DNA from: Planktothrix sp. GU0601_MAG3
GTDB lineage: Bacteria; Cyanobacteriota; Cyanobacteriia; Cyanobacteriales; Microcoleaceae
Assembly: GCA_035193785.1 (NCBI GenBank)
Contig: CP136572.1
Coordinates: 1,152,001-1,216,000, forward strand
DNA length: 64,000 nt
Direction: 5' to 3'
Below the pieces are notes generated by a model. It saw only the letters and a list, made by a program, of their open reading frames with translations. It searched no databases and was not told the origin of the DNA. Made by a program: the position numbers and the translations under genes. Position 1 is the first letter of the stretch. Every line of letters begins with the position of its first letter. Positions 57,694 to 64,000 of the stretch are shown in pieces.

Positions 57694-58177
57694 TTATTTA
57701 ACTAACTCAGCCCCTAATAATTTTTCTAAAATTTGGCGACTGAGCGGTTCAATTTGTTGCTCTAAAGCTTGTAGGGCTTGTTGTCTTTCCTGCTCGATTT
57801 CTTGAGCAGCTTTTTCTCTGACTTTTTGCGATTCTTGTAGAGCTTCTGCTACTTTCTCAGATGCACTTTTCTGAGCTTCTGCCTGGGCTTTAACAATGGT
57901 CGCTTGAGCTTTTTTGCGAGTTTCTGCTAACTCTAATTCATACTGTCGGGCTAATTTTTCCGCTTTAGCCAGACGTTCTTTGGCGCCCGATTCCCGCTCG
58001 CGGATATAATCTGAGCGTTCATCAATTGCCTTTCCTAAAGGTTTATAAAAAACCTGGTTCAAAATTACTGCCAGAACTAAGAAACTGTACTGCCATTAAC
58101 GGCAGGGTGGCATCCAGATCAAAAAGTCCTCCTTCTTTGGCAGCTTCTTCCACCGCAAATAGAATTGTCCCGTGCAT
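57694..58177 (-). CDS. atpF2: ATP synthase F0 subunit b' (cyanobacterial atpG); frameshift at 58081-58085
   Basis: [18 protein letters not shown] joins ..[12 protein letters not shown]. Confidence 0.93.
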
Positions 58178-58273
58178 TATTGTCCCTTGAATAGTTTCAT
58201 CAAGATGGATTTTAGACCTAGATTTCAGATGTTCCGAAACCTAAAACCTAAAATCCATGTTTTGGATTACTGT

Positions 58274-58561
<288 letters not shown>

Positions 58562-58785
58562 TCAGTTAGACAAAATGAAATCAATCCCGATCAGCATCGA
58601 TCAAATTGGGAGGTTTGAAGAAAATATTTTTCTTCTTTGTCCCGTTATAAATGCCAAATTCGTTAGATGGATTGCAGTTCCCAAGACTTTATTTTACCAA
58701 TAAAGGGGATTAAGTTTAACCCAATAGCAGATTTTAGAAAAATCAATCTCTAAGAAAAGAAATTTTAAAGTCTTTGTTTCTTTTC

Positions 58786-59544
58786 CTAGTCGTGATGTTC
58801 TCCGCCATGTCCTTCTAGGGCTTCACCAATATAGTTCGCCGCCAGGGTCGCAAAAATTAGTGCTTGAATGGCACTCAAGAATAAACCCAAAACCATTAAA
58901 GGCAGAGGAATAAACAGGGGCACCAGGAATACCAACACGGCGACCACCAGTTCATCGGCTAAAATGTTACCAAACAAACGGAAACTCAGGGAGAGGGGTT
59001 TGGTAAAATCTTCAATCACCCGAAATATAGCGAGAAACGCCATCGGTTGGGCGTAATCAGCAAAATAACCCAATAGGCCTTTTTTTCTGATTCCGGCGTA
59101 GAAATACGCTAAAGAAGTTAACAGCGCCAAGGCCACCGTCGTATTGATATCACTGGTGGGGGCTGCTAATTCACCCGAAGGCAGTTCGATCACCTTCCAA
59201 GGAATTAAAGCACCCGACCAGTTAGAGGCAAAGATGAATAAGAACAGTGTTCCAATGAAGGGAACCCAAGAACGATATTCTTTTTCCCCGATTTGATCTT
59301 TAGCAAGGTTGCGAATGAATTCTAGGACGTACTCCATAAAATTCTGCATCCCACTGGGAATTCGCTGCACGTTGTTGCTGGCTAACACTGAGACGGTAAT
59401 CAGCAAACCGATGACAAACCACGAAGTCAGAAAAATCTGACCATGCAGTTTTACACCGCCGACTTCCCAATAAAGGTGCTGGCCAACTTCTAAACTAGCG
59501 AGAGGGAGAGGATTGAAGGTGTTTAAAACAGTCAGCATTTCCAT
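58786..59544 (-). CDS. atpB: ATP synthase F0 subunit a
   Basis: [22 protein letters not shown]. Confidence 0.97.
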   Translation of the reverse strand: MEMLTVLNTFNPLPLASLEVGQHLYWEVGGVKLHGQIFLTSWFVIGLLITVSVLASNNVQRIPSGMQNFMEYVLEFIRNLAKDQIGEKEYRSWVPFIGTLFLFIFASNWSGALIPWKVIELPSGELAAPTSDINTTVALALLTSLAYFYAGIRKKGLLGYFADYAQPMAFLAIFRVIEDFTKPLSLSFRLFGNILADELVVAVLVFLVPLFIPLPLMVLGLFLSAIQALIFATLAANYIGEALEGHGGEHHD

Positions 59545-59599
59545 GTCCGTAGGCTTCCTCTACAGATTGAGGACTGGAGGATTCCAAAAACCGCGTTAC

Positions 59600-60056
59600 T
59601 TATTTAGGCTTGTTGGTGAACACTGTTATTAGCACATACAACATGAGAGCTACTTTGTAGGTAAGAAATCCTAAAAAAATCGGTAGAATCTTTAGCTGAT
59701 GCAATTGAGTGGCTACAATAATTACACCCGCGAGGATCAGTATCCGATTCTGGCTGAGTTTTTCTTTTCCCCTACCTAGTTTTTCTACATCTTTGCCGAG
59801 CATTCGCAAGTAGAATATGCCTACTGCTGCCCCTACTAAATAGTTCAGGGCGACATCCAGAGGATAGAGACAGCAAACTGCCACAAAAATTGCCCCTGTG
59901 GCTGTAATTGTCATCAATAACAACTGGCGTTGCAATTGATAATACTCCAGCATGGAGGAGTCGGGTTTCTACAACAAGATTAGACCCGGATTCTACTGTT
60001 TCCTCTGCGTTTGTCATAGCTACTTGGACAGGTTCACCGATTTTTGGTTCAGTCAT
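59600..60056 (-). CDS. atpI: ATP synthase protein I (Atp1); frameshift at 59965-59969
   Basis: SSMLEYYQLQ..., ALNYLVGA, LGFLTYK; first gene of the atp operon. Confidence 0.88.
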
Positions 60057-60203
60057 AACTGCTTGATCCGCTAATCAAAGCGGCAGTTCTAACTTTCCCC
60101 AAGTTCACGCACACAGCGTATAACACGCTCTGTAAGCCACAATGAATCATATCATGTTGTGGCAACAGAACTTAAAAGAAAATTAATCATGGTTAACTAA
60201 ATT

Positions 60204-60224
60204 GTAGTAAGCCCTTCAGGGCTT
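60204..60224 (+). repeat. Single GTAG-REP half (GTAGTAAGCCCTTCAGGGCTT)
   Basis: Identical to one arm of the 13129-family doublet; downstream of proS. Confidence 0.8.
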
Positions 60225-60257
60225 TCTTACTTTCTTCACCATCAACCAACAACTCGC

Positions 60258-62066
60258 CTAATTTTCCAATGCGGCTTGAATATTCTGTTTAAGTGTGGTA
60301 ACGACATCCTCAATGGCGATTTCTTGAGCATTGTGGGTGGCTCGTTCTACCAGTTCCACCTTACCCGATTTAATCGAACGTCCCGTTACAATTCGATAGG
60401 GAATCCCAATTAGATCGGCATCTTTGAATTTTACCCCGGCTCGTTCATTCCGATCATCGAGGAGGGTTTCAATTCCGGCTTGCTGCAATTCCGTATAGAG
60501 TTTTTCGGCAATTTCCACCTGTTGAGCGTCGCTAATATTAGGAATGGCAATAATTACTTGATAGGGTGCGATCGCCACTGGCCAAATAATACCATCTTTA
60601 TCATAGGACTGTTCCACGGCGGATTGGGCTAACCGAGACACCCCAACGCCATAACATCCCATGACTAGGGGTGATTCTTCCCCCTGCTCATTGCTAAAGG
60701 TGGCCCCCATCGCCTGAGAATATTTAATCCCCAATTGGAAAATATGACCGACTTCAATGCCCCTGGCACTGTGTAAAATTTGGTTAGGGTCATAAACTGC
60801 GCGATCGCCTTTTTGAGCTTTTCTGAGATCAACAATAGTTTTAGGTAAGGTAAATTCTTTGCCCCAATTTGCCCCAACAACGTGATATCCTGATTCATCC
60901 GCCCCGGTAACAAAATTTTTCAGTTCAATAGCAGTTTGATCAACTATTCTTAAAAACTTAGACTCAAGTTGTTCTCGATGGGTAATATAAACATCATCTA
61001 ACTTAGGAGAAATATAGCCCAAAGGTAAAGGTTTTGTTCTCCATTTTTCTTGAGCTTCTTCATCGGTAACCGTTAAAGATAATATTGTTTTTGCCTTAAA
61101 TTCCGGGGCTAATTTTGTTAATTCATTTTGCAATTTAACCTCATTAACCTCCTGATCTCCCCGAATACTAATTAAAACTAAAACTGTTGTGCCATTATCA
61201 TAAACCACTTGATACAGAACATTTTTAACAATTTGAGTCGGGGAACAGTTCAAGAACTTAGCTAAGGTTTCAATGGTGGTAGTATTCGGTGTTTCTAACT
61301 TTTGATATTCGGTAAAGTTAGAAGGTTCGGCATCAACCGGAAGGGATACGGCTTTTTCCGTATTAGCTGCATATTTGCCATCTTCGGTATAGAGAACTTC
61401 ATCTTCCCCCGCTTCTGCTAATACCATAAACTCTTGAGAACCTGACCCCCCAATGGCTCCAGAATCGGCTTCTACGGCGCGATATTTTAACCCACAACGG
61501 CTTAACATATTGCGATAGGCTTGATCCATATCTCGATAGGTTTTCTTCAAACTTTCTTCATCGCTATGGAAAGAATAACCATCTTTCATAATAAATTCCC
61601 GACCCCGCATTAAGCCAAACCGAGGCCGAATTTCATCTCTAAATTTTGTTTGAATTTGATATAAATGAATTGGTAATTGTTGATGGGAACGGATCATATC
61701 TTTAGCAATAGTTGTAATCACTTCCTCATGGGTTGGCCCTAATGCTAATTCACGCTTCCGGCGGTCGGTGAGGGAAAACATAATTCCCTCAGCTTTGGTG
61801 TAGGTATCCCAGCGTCCCGACTCGCGCCAAAGTTCGGCGGGTTGGACTTGGGGAAGTAGACATTCTTGGGCTCCGGTGGCGTTCATTTCTTCTCGGACAA
61901 TTTGAGAAACTTTTTGCAGCACCCGCCACATCAGGGGAAGATAGGCATAAATTCCACTTCCAATGCGGCGAATATATCCCGCCCGGACTAATAGTTTATG
62001 ACTGGGAATTTCCGCTTCTTTGGGATCTTCGCGCAGGGTGACAAATAGCATTTGAGAGAGTCGCAT
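60258..62066 (-). CDS. proS: Proline--tRNA ligase
   Basis: [48 protein letters not shown]. Confidence 0.98.
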   Translation of the reverse strand: MRLSQMLFVTLREDPKEAEIPSHKLLVRAGYIRRIGSGIYAYLPLMWRVLQKVSQIVREEMNATGAQECLLPQVQPAELWRESGRWDTYTKAEGIMFSLTDRRKRELALGPTHEEVITTIAKDMIRSHQQLPIHLYQIQTKFRDEIRPRFGLMRGREFIMKDGYSFHSDEESLKKTYRDMDQAYRNMLSRCGLKYRAVEADSGAIGGSGSQEFMVLAEAGEDEVLYTEDGKYAANTEKAVSLPVDAEPSNFTEYQKLETPNTTTIETLAKFLNCSPTQIVKNVLYQVVYDNGTTVLVLISIRGDQEVNEVKLQNELTKLAPEFKAKTILSLTVTDEEAQEKWRTKPLPLGYISPKLDDVYITHREQLESKFLRIVDQTAIELKNFVTGADESGYHVVGANWGKEFTLPKTIVDLRKAQKGDRAVYDPNQILHSARGIEVGHIFQLGIKYSQAMGATFSNEQGEESPLVMGCYGVGVSRLAQSAVEQSYDKDGIIWPVAIAPYQVIIAIPNISDAQQVEIAEKLYTELQQAGIETLLDDRNERAGVKFKDADLIGIPYRIVTGRSIKSGKVELVERATHNAQEIAIEDVVTTLKQNIQAALEN

Positions 62067-62267
62067 TGTTTGGTTTCCTAAAATTAAAGACTAATTTATT
62101 ATTATCGCAGAATTGTGTTAAATTTGATTATCCTAATTTAAGTAACCACAAAGGCACTAAGACACTAAGAAATGATCATGATAATTGCTGTGATCAAAAA
62201 ACTACAAAACTAATTAATCTATCTTTGTTTTCTATACCTTATGGATTTTATTATTGTTTGATTTCTC

Positions 62268-62852
62268 CTAATTAGTTTTAGGCGGAAATACTTTAGTTAA
62301 ATCTAAGGTTAAATCGGGAAAACACGGTAAGGTGACAGACTGGCTGGGTAAATAAATCAGTTTACGAAGATAACCAAATTCGCCTTGTAGTTTTTGATAG
62401 GGTTCGCTATAGTATTCTAAACAAAAATCAACTAAATTAAAGATCCAATAATTAGTAATATTATTTTCTGCATAAACTGATAGTTTGGTAGTTTGATCAT
62501 AGTCTAAAGATGAATCAGAAATTTCAATCAAGAGTAGAATATCTTCTGTATGGGGATGACCTTTTAAATAGTCATCCTCTCGGTTTTTAACAATCACTCG
62601 ATCAGGTTCCGGTTCACTATAGGATGATAAAATAATAGGTTGTTGTCCTCTTAAGGTTGCCCGTTCTCCAATGAGTTTGTATAGTTCTCGTTCTAAGCGA
62701 GTTTCACAAACAGAGTGGGAAGTTCCTTTTGCTGCCATTTCAATTATTTCTCCGCGAATGAGTTCAATTTTATCCTCTTTTTTGAAAAAGCCTAATTCAG
62801 TTAGGCGATGATAGTCTTCGATGGTAAATTTTTTAACAGTTGCGATCGCCAT
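62268..62852 (-). CDS. Uma2 family endonuclease
   Basis: FTIEDYHRL, IELIRGEI, SEPEPD, LLIEISDSSLDYD, YWIFNL. Confidence 0.9.
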   Translation of the reverse strand: MAIATVKKFTIEDYHRLTELGFFKKEDKIELIRGEIIEMAAKGTSHSVCETRLERELYKLIGERATLRGQQPIILSSYSEPEPDRVIVKNREDDYLKGHPHTEDILLLIEISDSSLDYDQTTKLSVYAENNITNYWIFNLVDFCLEYYSEPYQKLQGEFGYLRKLIYLPSQSVTLPCFPDLTLDLTKVFPPKTN

Positions 62853-62941
62853 AATTTTAAATATTAATCAGGATGATTAATTATAATTCAAGTTAAAAAT
62901 TTATGCAATTTTTTGTTGAGTGGGCATAGCCCACCCAAAGT

Positions 62942-63599
62942 TTACCAAATAAAGGGAATTAAGCGAGTTGAGTTATTCTGATACTCTTGATAATTGGGAT
63001 ATTTTTCTGACATGGTTTTTTCTTTAGCAGAAATTCGCTGTAAATAAAGAATTAGAAACCAACCCAGGAACAATATATGCCCAAGGAGAACCTGCTACAA
63101 TAGCAAAACTGAGGTAGCGTAGTAAATCCCCAAAATAGTTGATATTTCGAGAAAATCGCCAAATATTATCCTTAACTAACCCCTCGCCATATTGTTTAGC
63201 TGTTAATTTCTGCACGTCCGCCGCCGCATTAATTAAACTGCCAAAATAAAACAGAGGAATTACAATAGCAACGGTAATAAAAGAAATTGGAATTGGATTG
63301 ATAAAAGCCAAATATCCGGGTAAAGCGTATAAACATCCCACAATAATTACAGTCAATATCAATCCTACTACTCCCGTAGATTCAGTAAAAATTGATTTTG
63401 ATCGTTGAGGATAAAACCATTGTTCAATTAACCACCACAAACAATAACTAATGTGAAAACAGAGATAAATTACCTGTCGCCAGTCATTAATTCCGAAGAT
63501 TAAAGCCAAACTAATGAGTAGAATAATAGTTGTTGCTTTGGCAATATTAATGGCGGTTAATTGAGTAATTTGAAACGGAGAATGGGTTGTATTTTCCAT
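62942..63599 (-). CDS. DUF1295 (steroid 5-alpha reductase / ICMT-like) membrane protein; frameshift at 63055-63059
   Basis: ADVQK, GLVKDNIWRFSRNINYFGDLL; corrected tail ..KYPNYQEYQNNSTRLIPFIW. Confidence 0.8.
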
Positions 63600-63627
63600 G
63601 TTTTGTGATGATAGATTTAAGGATAAA

Positions 63628-64000
63628 CTAAAATACTTCTGTCCCTTCAAACCGTTTAATGTTTTGCATTTTTGCTGACTCTCCACAGGTGCGAGGAGTG
63701 GGTAACATTTTACCTGGGTTAGCTAAACCTTTGGGGTTAAAAACTGTTCTTACCCATTCCATAGTTTCTAAATCAACTTCGTTGAACATTTGGGGCATAT
63801 AACATTTTTTGTCTGCACCAATACCATGTTCTCCCGATAAACTACCGCCCACTTCCACACAGATTTTTAGAATTTCTCCGCCAATTTCTTCGACGGTTTC
63901 TAACGCACCGGGAACGGAATTATCATATAAAATTAAAGGATGTAAATTCCCATCTCCCGCATGAAAGACATTGGCAATACGATAACCATATTTTTCTCCC
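63628..64000 (-). CDS. glcD: Glycolate oxidase subunit GlcD / FAD-linked oxidase C-terminus (partial)
   Basis: NVFHAGDGNLHPLIL, GGSLSGEHGIG, NPGKMLP..CGE. Confidence 0.85.
   Translation of the reverse strand, partial: GEKYGYRIANVFHAGDGNLHPLILYDNSVPGALETVEEIGGEILKICVEVGGSLSGEHGIGADKKCYMPQMFNEVDLETMEWVRTVFNPKGLANPGKMLPTPRTCGESAKMQNIKRFEGTEVF

Overview
A 64-kb chromosomal window from a filamentous cyanobacterium. Many HIP1 (GCGATCGC) sites, heptamer STRRs and Oscillatoriales-type repeats point to a Planktothrix-like organism (inference). Content is mostly housekeeping and signalling: cyaC, larB/cpmA, ispF, gshB-grxC, recR, gltB, argB-mreBCD, cax, pyrFE, a LOV histidine kinase, hypE, purK, a riboswitch-led cobGHIJ operon, ubiC, rnhA, the atp1-BEF'FHAG operon, proS and glcD. 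Small accessory genes are interspersed: three Uma2 genes plus two Uma2 relics, two orphan HicB genes, a RelE-type TA pair, a DUF262 + MAE_28990-type HEPN pair, an LRAT/NC protein and a kinase-GUN4 gene, many sitting between GTAG-REP-like hairpins. The most striking signal is that all 25 frameshifts I traced (in 22 genes, including essential ones) are repaired by deleting one base from GAAAC/GTTTC to give GAAC/GTTC. That is the canonical Dnd phosphorothioation motif, so the assembly errors may record a genome-wide DNA backbone modification. Other notable items: nested MITEs with clean target-site duplications, an IS200/IS605-type right-end relic abutting a compact cobalamin riboswitch, a REP inserted in frame in gltB, and a probable ACG start for recR. 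No rRNA, tRNA, CRISPR array or intact transposase was seen.
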